The position numbers and the translations under genes were made by a program. Shown one piece after another: positions 27,328-37,400 of a stretch of 38,745 nt of DNA; the first letter of the stretch is position 1, and every line of letters begins with the position of its first letter. The stretch covers positions 1-38,745 of the forward strand of contig DATBFI010000337.1 in assembly GCA_036558585.1 (NCBI GenBank). Direction: 5' to 3'. A model generated the notes under the pieces. That model was not told the origin of the DNA and searched no databases. It was given only the letters and a program-made list of their open reading frames with translations. Source of the DNA: Chitinophagaceae bacterium. GTDB taxonomy: Bacteria > Bacteroidota > Bacteroidia > Chitinophagales > Chitinophagaceae.

Positions 27328-28746
27328 TTACGGAAAAATGCCAAGCTCCGCGTAAGCGGTTCCAACTTTATCAATAGCTACCACGTAAGCTGCAGTACGC
27401 ATATCGGGAATGGCCGGATTGGCCTTCCAGCAATTCATGATTTCGTGTGTTGCCTCAATCATTGTTTCTTCCAAACCACTGTGCACAAGATCAACTTCAC
27501 TGGGGCCATGTTCAATGTAACTTTTTTCTTTTTCATCAACTGTTTTACCGGTAAGTTGCTCCATGGTCCCAAGGATCTGTTTATTTAAATTCTCTGTGAA
27601 ACGCTTTTCCATTCGCCCGTAACGCACATGGCTGAGATTCTTTAACCACTCAAAATAGGAAACAGTTACACCGCCCGCATTCAGATACATGTCCGGGATA
27701 ACCAATACCCCTTTCCTGTTTAGAATTTCATCTGCGTCAGGAGTAAGCGGGCCATTCGCGGCCTCACCGATTATCTTTGCTTTTATCCTTTCGGCATTAT
27801 CTTTATTAATTACATTTTCAAGTGCGGCTGGAATAAGTATATCACATTCAAGCTCTAATGCATCACTGCTTTTTTCAAGGTTTTTTGCTCCGGGAAAATT
27901 AAGAATGGAACCCGTTTTTTTTCTGTATTGAAAAACATCTTCTTCATTTAAACCCTTTTCAGAAAATATAGCACCTTCATATTCTGCAATAGCAACAACT
28001 ACAGCCCCATGCTGACGGAAATATTTTGCCGAGTGGTAACCCACATTTCCAAGACCCTGCACCACCACATGCTTCCCTTTAATACCGGGGGACAGGCCAA
28101 GCTTTTTCATCATGTCGCGAATATGGCATACTTCACGCACACCATAAAAAACACCAAGACCCGTTGCCTCTTTTCTGCCCCGAACGCCGCCCTGTGTAAC
28201 AGGCTTACCCGTAACTGATGCAAGGCCATCAATTTCACCAGGCTTCATACTTTCATACGTATCAACGATCCAGGCCATTTCACGTTCACCAGTACCATAA
28301 TCAGGAGCAGGTACATCAGTACCCGGTCCTATAAAATTTTTTCTTATCAGTTCAGCTGTATAACGGCGGGTAATTTTTTGTAATTCAAACTCACTGTATT
28401 CACGGGGATTTATTTTTATACCACCCTTTGCACCACCAAAAGGAACATTAACAATAGCACATTTGTAAGTCATAAGTGCAGCAAGAGCCATCACTTCATC
28501 CTGGTTTACTTCTTCGCTAAAACGAATGCCACCCTTACACGGGGTCTTGTGCTGGCTGTGCTGTACCCGGTATGCTTCTACTACCTCAATAGATCCGTCG
28601 TCTCTTTTAATGGGAAACCGCATTTGATATACAGCGTTGCATGCTTTGATTTGTTCAAGAAGGCCATCTTCCCATTTAGTGAATTTAGCGGCCTTATCAA
28701 AGCTCTTCGTAACGCTTTCGAAAAAACTATACTGTTGTTCTGGCAT
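27328..28746 (-). CDS. gdh: NAD(P)-dependent glutamate dehydrogenase (Glu/Leu/Phe/Val dehydrogenase family, about 470-aa class)
   Basis: 472 aa. Catalytic region: KGGIRFSEEVNQDEVMALAALMTYKCAIVNVPFGGAKGGI. Rossmann motif: VVVQGLGNVGYHSA. C-terminal segment: NAGGVTVSYFEWLKN. Confidence 0.92.
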   Translation of the reverse strand: MPEQQYSFFESVTKSFDKAAKFTKWEDGLLEQIKACNAVYQMRFPIKRDDGSIEVVEAYRVQHSQHKTPCKGGIRFSEEVNQDEVMALAALMTYKCAIVNVPFGGAKGGIKINPREYSEFELQKITRRYTAELIRKNFIGPGTDVPAPDYGTGEREMAWIVDTYESMKPGEIDGLASVTGKPVTQGGVRGRKEATGLGVFYGVREVCHIRDMMKKLGLSPGIKGKHVVVQGLGNVGYHSAKYFRQHGAVVVAIAEYEGAIFSEKGLNEEDVFQYRKKTGSILNFPGAKNLEKSSDALELECDILIPAALENVINKDNAERIKAKIIGEAANGPLTPDADEILNRKGVLVIPDMYLNAGGVTVSYFEWLKNLSHVRYGRMEKRFTENLNKQILGTMEQLTGKTVDEKEKSYIEHGPSEVDLVHSGLEETMIEATHEIMNCWKANPAIPDMRTAAYVVAIDKVGTAYAELGIFP

Positions 28747-28989
28747 GTTAAGGGATTTAAATTTTACAATTTTCTTTTTACGCTAATTAACATTTGTTTT
28801 TTTCTAATTGAATTCTATTTTTTTGTATCACGCTTTCGTATTTATATTACCTGCTTGTTTGCGTTGCATCGTTGCTATTTCACCGAATCCGGAATCCCGG
28901 GATCAGTACGTGGTAACTATAGAACAGTGTAAAAGCCGGCAGGATCAAAAAAAATCTAAATTATTTTCACGCGATGATCAACTCTCATC

Positions 28990-29214
28990 TTACTGACCTT
29001 TTTCCAGCTTCTTTATCTTCTTGTCAAGATTAAGCAGGTAAATAAAAATTCCCAGTACAATTATTACAACAACGGCCACTACAACATATATTTTACCGTT
29101 GCTGCGCATAAAATCGGTTGGTTCTTCGGTTTTATTATTCACATCCTGGGCAAGTGCAATTCCTCTCATACAGTACAAAGCTATCAGGAGCGCTATTCCT
29201 CTCAATTTATTCAT
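28990..29214 (-). CDS. CcmD-like small membrane protein (Bacteroidetes alternative CcmD)
   Basis: ORF 28990-29238. The ATG at 29214 overlaps the ccmC stop by 8 nt. The 74-aa protein has a signal-like N-terminus, one TM segment (IYVVVAVVVIIVLGIFIYLL) and a basic tail (DKKIKKLEKGQ). Its position immediately after ccmC matches the CcmD_alt arrangement. Confidence 0.6.
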   Translation of the reverse strand: MNKLRGIALLIALYCMRGIALAQDVNNKTEEPTDFMRSNGKIYVVVAVVVIIVLGIFIYLLNLDKKIKKLEKGQ

Positions 29215-29887
29215 GTGCAAGTTTCTTTTCGGTAACAATGCGTAATCTTATGCGAAGGGTAGTTATCCAAACACCGAGCAACGTCCACCCGATAACAGCG
29301 GGCCAGAAAACCATTTCCATTTCGGGCGATGTATCATTTGGATTTAATGCGGGATTACCCTCGCTTCCCATACCACCGGGATGTAAAGACTCAGTCATTC
29401 TTGGTAATATCCATATTGTCGGGAACAACATGGCATAAGCAAAAATATTATATACTGCGCTTATACGTGAGCGCTTGTCAACATCCGTCATCGAACCACG
29501 CAATACGAAATAAGCAAGGTAAATGAGTAATGCAATTGCAGCGCCGTTTTGTTTTGGGTCACCGCTCCAGGGCTTACCCCATTGATAATTAGCCCAAATG
29601 GCACCGGTAATAAGGCCTAATATACCAAATACAATTCCGCTGCGTGCATACTCTGCAGTAAGTGTATCGTGCCGTGGATTTTGTGAGCCTAAATATTTTA
29701 TAGCATTAATAACAGATACAGTAAAAAGGGTCATCATCGCAAACCACATCGGTGCGTGAAAGAAAAGATTGCGAACAGATTGCTGTAGCCTGCCATCCAG
29801 AACGGGGATTGGTACAAGAAAACCCCAGATACAAGTGTACATGAGTAAAACAAAAGAAAGTATTTTCCACCAGTATTGACGAATCAT
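29207..29887 (-). CDS. ccmC: haem exporter / cytochrome c biogenesis protein CcmC
   Basis: ORF 29207-29983, with a likely start at 29887 (MIRQYWWKILSF). It has six TM segments, a Trp-rich periplasmic loop (IWANYQWGKPWSGDPKQNGA, a WWD-type motif) and conserved His residues (FHAPMW, ESLHPGG). Confidence 0.8.
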   Translation of the reverse strand: MIRQYWWKILSFVLLMYTCIWGFLVPIPVLDGRLQQSVRNLFFHAPMWFAMMTLFTVSVINAIKYLGSQNPRHDTLTAEYARSGIVFGILGLITGAIWANYQWGKPWSGDPKQNGAAIALLIYLAYFVLRGSMTDVDKRSRISAVYNIFAYAMLFPTIWILPRMTESLHPGGMGSEGNPALNPNDTSPEMEMVFWPAVIGWTLLGVWITTLRIRLRIVTEKKLAHE

Positions 29888-30112
29888 ACAATAACTTTTT
29901 CCAGCATGACCTGGAGATATAGAGCAAGCAATATGTAAAAATATGCGGGGCAAATTTAGGGGAAAGCAGTGCAATAAAAACACGCTGAGGAAAAAATGTT
30001 CACCATATAAAGATCTGAAATTAGCAAAGCGAATACCATAAGAAAGGAAATGTTGATTGTTTATTCAAAATCATTTAACTTGTTACTTGTACCCTGCACC
30101 TTGCAACCCGCA

Positions 30113-30781
30113 TCAATCTTTCCACAAAAAAGGGAATAAAATAATCGCCAGCAAAATAACCAATGCATCAAGCCCGGCAAGTAATAACACCATTTTCCAT
30201 AAACCACCCTGCAATACCGGAGAGAAAGCAGCTTTTGCAATTTTACCAAGTAACAGCAATTGCGGTATAATGATGGGAAAACCCATGATCGCCATTAAGG
30301 CTGCCTGTTGTTGCGCCTTTGCAGCAATAGCGGCAAGAAACGTGAAGATCAAACTAAGACCAACGCCTCCTAAAAAACTAATACCTATAAATTGAAGGGC
30401 GTGTATAAGGGGATTGCCCAGCAGCAAAGTAAAAATAAAAAGGCTGAGCAAACTCATCACGAGCATAAGCATTGCATTAAATGCCAGCTTGGACAAAATA
30501 AAATCTCTTGCACCGGCAATGGAATAATAGTATAGCATGCGGCCTTTGCTGTCCTGCAGGAAACTTTTCGCAACAGCATTTACACAAACGAATAACTGTA
30601 TCACCCAAAACAGTGCATTCCATACTGTTTCTTCGGGCTCACCCATTGATAAGTATACGATAAATATAGTGGAGGCAACATATAACAATACTCCATAAAA
30701 AGTGTACTGCTGACGAATTTCAAGCAGCAGGTCTTTTTTGATTAAGGTAACAATGTGTTTTAATGAACCGGCAGCAGCCAT
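30113..30781 (-). CDS. ccmB: haem exporter protein CcmB
   Basis: ORF 30113-30829, with a likely start at 30781 (MAAAGSLKHIVTLIKKDLLLEIRQQ). The protein is 222 aa with six TM segments. The KKDLxLExR N-terminus and overall length fit CcmB. It lies directly upstream of ccmC. Confidence 0.75.
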   Translation of the reverse strand: MAAAGSLKHIVTLIKKDLLLEIRQQYTFYGVLLYVASTIFIVYLSMGEPEETVWNALFWVIQLFVCVNAVAKSFLQDSKGRMLYYYSIAGARDFILSKLAFNAMLMLVMSLLSLFIFTLLLGNPLIHALQFIGISFLGGVGLSLIFTFLAAIAAKAQQQAALMAIMGFPIIIPQLLLLGKIAKAAFSPVLQGGLWKMVLLLAGLDALVILLAIILFPFLWKD

Positions 30782-30929
30782 ATAAGCAAAGTAAAAGTAT
30801 ATCGGGATAAATTCAATCTTGTACAACAAGGTTTGAAAAAAAGTTTTTAAAAGGTTCTAAACAGTTCCTTTCAATAAATATCTATATTAGAGGAAATGAA
30901 AGCCATGTCTAACTCCAATTCTTCCACCA

Positions 30930-32165
30930 ATGAATTATAGTGAACTCTTAAAAAAAATAGTGGATCATGTAAATTCATTTTACATTGATCATAATGATGC
31001 AAGACTGTGTTATCACAATTATACCCATGCGAATGATGCGGTGGATGCAGCAAAAAAAATTGCAGATCATTACCAGTTAAATGAGCGCGACTGGTTTATA
31101 GTTTGTGCGGCAACCTGGTTTCATGATACGGGATACCTGGTAGCAGAACCCCGGTCGCATGAGGAAAAAAGTGCAGAAATAGCCGAAAATTTTTTAAAGA
31201 GTATAGAGGTTGGCACAGAAGATATTGATGCAATTAAGAAGTGCATCCTGGCTACCAAAATACCACAGAGTCCTGTTTCTCTCGTTGAAAAAATTGTTTG
31301 TGACGCAGATCTCTTTTATTTGGGAACAAACAGATTTAAAGAGTATAGCAGGCTTTCAAGAAAAGAGCTGGAGACTCTGCAAAACACAAAAATAGATGGC
31401 GATGCCTGGAGAAAAGAAAATATTAAGATGTTGGAGACCCACCGGTTTCATACTGATTACTGCCGGTTATTATTAGAACAAATCAAAAATGCGAATACGG
31501 AGAGATTGAAAAGAAAACAGCAGGAAAAAATATCAGGGGCTGTTGTTGAGGCCGGAAAAAATAATACAATTAAAAAAGAAGACAATAAGGATAAAACCCC
31601 AAAGACAAGGACTATAAAAAAGTTAAAAACAAACAGGCATGCAGTAAGCGGGATTCAAACAATGTTCAGGCTATCTTCTTCAAATAGCCAGCGCATAAGT
31701 GCCATGGCTGATGACAAGGCACATATCATGATTTCGGTAAATTCTATTATTATCTCAATTGTATTGGGATTGATTGTGCGCAATCTTGATGACAACCGCA
31801 ATCTGATCATTCCAACGATCATCCTGTTATTGGTTAGTGTAACAGCCATTATTTATTCGGTATTGGCTACACGCCCAAAGGTTTTAAGCGGAATTTTCAC
31901 ACAACAGCAAGTTGAAAATAAAACGGTGAACCTGATGTTTTTCGGCAGCTTTTACAAAATGGGCTTTAAAGAATACGAGGACGCGATGACAAAAATGATG
32001 CAGGACAATGATTTTTTATATGGAAGCCTTATAAAAGACCTATACTGGCAGGGAAGGGTTTTGGGACGAAAGTACAGGCTGTTGCGCACCTCATACAGCA
32101 TTTTTATGTACGGACTTGTTGCGTCTGTAATAGCGTTTGCAATTGCTGAAATCTTTTTCAGGTAG
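30930..32165 (+). CDS. HD-domain phosphohydrolase fused to a C-terminal 3-TM module resembling the Pycsar TM-effector (DUF5706/PycTM) domain
   Basis: 411 aa. The HD motifs are CYHNYTH...WFHDTGY...CDADLFYLG. A Lys-rich linker follows (KKEDNKDKTPKTRTIKKLK). The C-terminal module is FRLSSSNSQRISAMADDKAHIMISVNSIIISIVLGLIV, then LIIPTIILLLVSVTAIIYSVLA, a soluble loop, then SIFMYGLVASVIAFAIAEIF. Assigning this module to PycTM relies on my recollection of that family's pattern. Confidence 0.8.
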   Translation: MNYSELLKKIVDHVNSFYIDHNDARLCYHNYTHANDAVDAAKKIADHYQLNERDWFIVCAATWFHDTGYLVAEPRSHEEKSAEIAENFLKSIEVGTEDIDAIKKCILATKIPQSPVSLVEKIVCDADLFYLGTNRFKEYSRLSRKELETLQNTKIDGDAWRKENIKMLETHRFHTDYCRLLLEQIKNANTERLKRKQQEKISGAVVEAGKNNTIKKEDNKDKTPKTRTIKKLKTNRHAVSGIQTMFRLSSSNSQRISAMADDKAHIMISVNSIIISIVLGLIVRNLDDNRNLIIPTIILLLVSVTAIIYSVLATRPKVLSGIFTQQQVENKTVNLMFFGSFYKMGFKEYEDAMTKMMQDNDFLYGSLIKDLYWQGRVLGRKYRLLRTSYSIFMYGLVASVIAFAIAEIFFR

Positions 32166-32402
32166 AAAACGAAAATCTCCTTTAACAATCGTTCATAAAA
32201 ATCTCAGTTTGATTTTCCCGGATGATGTTGTACATTTCACGAACAAGATTCATTTATTCAATACAATTATAAACTCACTTCCCTCACCTTCTTTCGTCTC
32301 CGCTTTTATCTCCCCACTATGTGCTTTGTCTCAACCACGATTTATGGGATTTTCCTGATTTACCTGATATAATTTCAACTCCTATCAACAAAATCAGATA
32401 CA

Positions 32403-34442
32403 TCAGGAAAATCGTGGTTCAGACAGAAAATGAATTAGAAACTCACTTCCCTCTCCCTCTTTCGTCTCTACCTTTATTTCTCCACCATGCGCTTTGATAA
32501 TATCATAGCTTAAACTCAAACCCAATCCCGTTCCCTGTCCTGTTGGTTTTGTTGTAAAGAATGGTTGAAAGATTTTATCAATAACTTTTTGAGGAATGCC
32601 GGTGCCGTTATCTGCGACACGTATCTCGATGCCCCCATCCCCTGAAGGGGAGTTGATGCGCTTCGTGCAAACAGAAACAGTGGGTTTATACTGTTGTTCT
32701 GCTGAGCCTGTCGAAGCATTTTGCGTCACAGCACTTTGACTTCGCTCAGCGCAGGCATAAAAAGCGTTATTGAATAAGTTGAGCAACACTCTTCCAATAT
32801 CCTGCGGCACTACATTTATTTTTCCAATTGTATTATCCAAATCAGTTTTTAGTTCTGCATTGAAGCTTTTGTCTTTTGCTCTCATGCCATGATAACTCAA
32901 TCTTAAATATTCATCCGCTAAAGCATTGATATCCGTTAATTCTTTTTTGCCTGTACTTGCTCTTGAATGTTGCAGCATGCCTTTTACAATTGCATCTGCG
33001 CGTTTACCATGATGAAGAATTTTTTCTTCATTATCTTTTATATCATTAGAGATGGCAATTACTTCTTTTGCATTTCCTGATTTCATTTCTTGTTGCAATT
33101 CATCAATGAGTTCCTTGTTGACTTCAGAAAAATTATTTACGAAGTTCAACGGGTTTTGTATCTCATGTGCAATACCTGCGGTAAGTTCGCCGAGTGAGGC
33201 CATTTTTTCGCTTTGTATTAATTGTTGCTGCGTAGATTTTAATTCTGATAAAGTTGTTTCTACTTTTTGTTTCTGCTGTTGAAGTACAACATTCGTTTTT
33301 TGTTTTTGCCTGTTATTGCGGTAAAGTATCAATGCAATCGCTAAAAGGACTGCGAGTCCTGTTAAAAGGCCATACAATCTTAATTTATTTTGATAGGCTA
33401 ATTTAGCATCATCTAGTTCTTTTTGTCTTGCTTCTTCCCTGGCTATAAGATTTTCGATCGCCTGCAAAGTATTTACTCCGTATAAACTATCTTTTGCTGC
33501 GGCAGCAATTTTATAATATTGAAGCGCCAGCGAAGGCTGGGTTGAGTCATATAATTCTGCAAGCAAATTTCCATTAAGCATAATCCCTTTTCTGAAAGAA
33601 ACTTCTTTTCCATAATTAAATCCTTTTAGAGCATAATAAACCGCAGAGTCAATTAGGTTCAGTTTCTTATACAAGGAAGAAAAGTCTGCACATACTTGGG
33701 AAGAACTTATTAAATCGCTGCTTAACTGCGCCTCTTCAAATCCTTTCCTGTAACTAAGCATTGCCTGTTCATAATTTCTTCTTTTCTGTTTAATATGGCC
33801 GTCAATCTCATATACATATTGCATTAAGTTTTTAAGAAGATGCTTCTGTTGTATGGCGAAGTTTATATGAAAAGTTGCTAAATCAAGTTTATCTATTTTT
33901 TCGTAAGCATCAGCTAAAGCGTAACGATCTATAGCAACTTTGCCATCATAATGATTTGCTGCATCTACAGGCAAAGCTTTCACCAAATAGGCTACTGCCT
34001 GCGGATAGTTTTGCAATTCATAATATATGCCACTAATTCTGCGGTTAGCCCGGGCAATATCATATGCACTATTACTTTCCTCTGCAATTTTAAGCGACGT
34101 AAAAAGAAGCTCAAAAGCTTCGGCATATTTTCCCTGATGTTCCATTAAGCCGCTAATGCTTGCCAAAGTTCTTGCTTCAGCCCAGGTATATGATTTTTGC
34201 CGGGCTATTCTTAATGCTTCATTAAGATACTTTAATGAGGAATCAACGTTCAAGCGCTCATAAAAAAATCCAATACGCTCAATAATTATCATCCGGTTTG
34301 AATCACTTTTTACAACTGTAAGTGCTTGTCTAAGGCTATTAAGTTCCCGCGTATTATTTGAATTAAACTGTTCTTCGTTTTGTGAAAGACACAACAATTG
34401 TAACGCTGTAAAAAGAATAGTGTGCAAGCATTTTTTCAACAT
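32403..34442 (-). CDS. sensor histidine kinase with periplasmic/extracytoplasmic TPR-repeat sensor
   Basis: 679 aa. A signal peptide is followed by about 8 TPR-like repeats, a TM segment (LRLYGLLTGLAVLLAIALILY) and a coiled coil. The H-box is SEKMASLGELTAGIAHEIQNPLNF. The HATPase_c motifs are NLFNNAFYA, DNGTGIP and GTGLGLSLSYDI. Confidence 0.85.
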   Translation of the reverse strand: MLKKCLHTILFTALQLLCLSQNEEQFNSNNTRELNSLRQALTVVKSDSNRMIIIERIGFFYERLNVDSSLKYLNEALRIARQKSYTWAEARTLASISGLMEHQGKYAEAFELLFTSLKIAEESNSAYDIARANRRISGIYYELQNYPQAVAYLVKALPVDAANHYDGKVAIDRYALADAYEKIDKLDLATFHINFAIQQKHLLKNLMQYVYEIDGHIKQKRRNYEQAMLSYRKGFEEAQLSSDLISSSQVCADFSSLYKKLNLIDSAVYYALKGFNYGKEVSFRKGIMLNGNLLAELYDSTQPSLALQYYKIAAAAKDSLYGVNTLQAIENLIAREEARQKELDDAKLAYQNKLRLYGLLTGLAVLLAIALILYRNNRQKQKTNVVLQQQKQKVETTLSELKSTQQQLIQSEKMASLGELTAGIAHEIQNPLNFVNNFSEVNKELIDELQQEMKSGNAKEVIAISNDIKDNEEKILHHGKRADAIVKGMLQHSRASTGKKELTDINALADEYLRLSYHGMRAKDKSFNAELKTDLDNTIGKINVVPQDIGRVLLNLFNNAFYACAERSQSAVTQNASTGSAEQQYKPTVSVCTKRINSPSGDGGIEIRVADNGTGIPQKVIDKIFQPFFTTKPTGQGTGLGLSLSYDIIKAHGGEIKVETKEGEGSEFLIHFLSEPRFS

Positions 34443-34448
34443 AATATC

Positions 34449-37400
34449 TTATGCTACTAATTGAATAATAAACTTTGTTCCTTCTCCTTCCTTCGTTTCA
34501 ACTTTTATTTCACCCCCATGTGCTTTGATAATATCATAAGCTAAACTCAAACCCAATCCTGTTCCTTGTCCTGTTGGCTTTGTGGTGAAGAATGGCTGAA
34601 AGATTTTATCTGTAATTTTTTGAGGAATACCTGTGCCATTATCGCTCACTTTTATTTCTACTTTATCATTCAACTTTTTTGTGACTACTGTGACTACGGG
34701 GACATATCCTTCGCCTTCTACCTTTAACCTTTCACCTATTGCATAAAAAGCATTGTTGAATAAGTTAAGTAACACTCTTCCAATATCCTGCGGAACGATA
34801 TTTATTTTTTCTACACTCACATCAAATTCTGTTTTTATTTCTGCATTAAAATCTTTATCTTTTGCTCTCATGCCATGATAACTCAATCTTAAATATTCAT
34901 CGGCTAAAGCATTAATGTCTGTTGGTTCTTTCTTTCCTGTGTTTGCTCTTGAATGTTGCAGCATGCCTTTTACAATTGCATCTGCTCGTTTACCATGATG
35001 AAGAATTTTTTGAAGGTTATTTTGTATGTCGTTTAGTATTTCATCTTCTACTTCATTCCTTTCACCTTTCACCTTATGCCTTTCACCTTTCAACTCATCA
35101 ACTAACTCAACGTTTACTTCAGAAAAATTATTTACGAAGTTTAACGGATTTTGTATTTCATGCGCAATGCCTGCAGTAAGTTCTCCAAGCGAAGCCATTT
35201 TTTCTGACTGGATGAGTTGAGATTGTGTTTGCCTTAATTCTTCCAGCGAATGTTCAAGTTCTTTTGTTCGTTGCGTCACTTTTTCCTCAAGTGTTATGTT
35301 TTGTTTTTTAAGATTCCGCGAATGTTGCTGAACAATAGCATAGACAACAAATATCATCGCTACGACAGACAATATTCTAAACCACCAGGTTTCCCACCAC
35401 GGAGGAGTAATAACAATCGAAATGTTTTTTTCAGCAGCAACACCTGCAGCGTTTATTGCTTTTACTTTAAAAACATAATTGCCCGGCGGCAAATTAAAAT
35501 AGTAAGCTGTTTTTTCGTCTCCTGCTTTGCGCCAGGCATTATCATAGTTTTGCAATGTGTAGAACAGGCGTGTATCTTCATGTGCACTGATGAAATCAAT
35601 GCTTGAAAATTCAAATGAAAAAGTATTCTGATTGTACTTTAATAGTATCTCTTTTGTCTGTGGTAGCGGCGCAGAAAGAATTCCATTTGCGGAGGGTTGA
35701 ACAGCTACATTGTTCAGTAAAAAATTGTTGATGCTTATGTACGGTGGCGAAACATTTTGCACCAGCAATTCCGGTTTAAAATTGTAATAGCCTGAAGCAT
35801 CCGCAAAACAAATTTCTCCATTTTGTAAAATGTACAAAGACCGGAATGGAAGTAACGCCTGCGTATTTACTCCCTGGTTGTTTCCATACAATACAGCAAT
35901 ATTTCTTTCTTTGTTGATGCGTATAACACCTTTTTGAGTAACGAGCCATAGATTTCGCTCATGGTCTTCTTTCAATCCATACACCTGCAGAGATGCAGTG
36001 ATTATGCCTGTCTCATCTATAAAATTTACAAACTTATCACTCTCCTTATTATACTTGAAAAGACCTCCGTTTGTGCTACACCATATATTTCCTTCGCTAT
36101 CCTCTACAATGCTGGAAACAGATAGGTCGTTCAGGTATCTCTTAAATTTACCTGTTTGTTTATTCAGGAGGTTTAAGCCACTAATGGTTCCTGCCCATAC
36201 GTTTTGTTTTTTATCTATACTTACTGTTATAACAAAATTGTTGCTAACACTGGTTGTATCATTTAGATTGTTTTGAAAACGAGTAACAGTTTCAGACCTT
36301 GTGTCCATCAGATAAAGACCATGTAAGCACGCAAGAAATAATTTATTGCCTTCAGTTTTTGTTATTGCAATAATACTATCCGGAAGCAGGCTATTTGAAA
36401 CATTTGCCGGATGATAGGAAGAAAATTTTTTGGCAATGAGGTCAAACAGGTATAAGCCATTAAGTGTTGCCACCCAAAATTTATTACTATCTTTTTCGAT
36501 ATAGGTGATTACATTTGATGGAGAAGATGTGTCTTTGTTAATTAAAAATTGCTCTTCTTTTCCATTACGCTCTTTATGCATTAAACCTTTTGTAGCACCA
36601 ATCCATAATGAGTGTGCATCATCGTTTGCAAAACAAAGAGATGGGTTACCTGTTTCTGTATGCGGCAAAACTGTTTGATAGGGAACTATTTTATATAAGC
36701 TGCTTCCATAAGTATTGTATTGAGTTTGCCCATAAGTACCTACCCAGATAACATTATCGCCTGTTTTATAAGTCGCCCAAAAATCATTATTCTCTAATTT
36801 TTCTTTGCTGTTTGTACCGGCGCCATAGTAATATGTTTTTTGTGTGAAAGGATCATACACATTTATACCTCCTTCAAATGTTCCTATCCATATTCTGCCT
36901 TTGCCATCTTCGGTAATAAACGTAATATAATCTTCAGCACCAGAATAAGTATTTTTAACCGGAGGTCTGCTTAATTTATCAGGATGAGCAGCATCGTACA
37001 GATGTCTCTCAAATATGCCTTTTGCCCTGTTCATCGTATGCAATCCGTCACCTGCCGTGCCTACCCAAAAGTTGCCGTGGCTGTCTTCAAATATTGTACC
37101 CACCCTGTTATCTATAAGGCTGTGCGGGTCTTTATCATCATGCAGGTATCTTGTAAATTTTCCTGTTTGCTTATTTAATTTGTTCAATCCACCTATGCAA
37201 CTGTCAAAGCCTTCGAATGGAGTTCCTGTTCCCACCCATAGCGTTCCCTGCTTATCTTCATAAATGGTCATAACCACATTGCAGCTAAGCGAAGATGGAT
37301 CACTTGCCTTATGAGTGTAGTGAAAAAATTTATTTGTTCTATTATCATACCTGTCAAGACCGCCGAGTGTTCCTATCCAAATAGTTCCTTCACTGTCCTG

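Noticed and set aside
8353-30829. Longest-ORF N-terminal extensions of several genes (10558-10599, 12026-12052, 23663-23722, 23777-23809, 29888-29983, 30782-30829)
   Set aside because: Internal ATGs give canonical signal peptides or family-typical lengths. The extensions are hydrophobic or odd in composition, or they overlap neighbouring genes or promoter space. The shorter coordinates were therefore preferred, although the starts remain unverified.
32516-32719. 67-aa ORF MLRQAQQNNSINPLF..., and its twin at 37953-38156
   Set aside because: They lie out of frame on the coding strand inside the kinase genes, across the palindromic tract. They are duplicated only because the tract is duplicated. 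The kinase frame carries the conserved HATPase_c motifs, so these are frame artefacts of the palindromes rather than genes.
35045-35100. Short direct repeats cctttcac/ctttcac in kinase 2, encoding KGERHKVKGERNE, with a related GERLKVEGEG at about 34720-34750
   Set aside because: This is probably simple low-complexity slippage in a linker. It is too short and degenerate to argue for a mobile or regulatory element.
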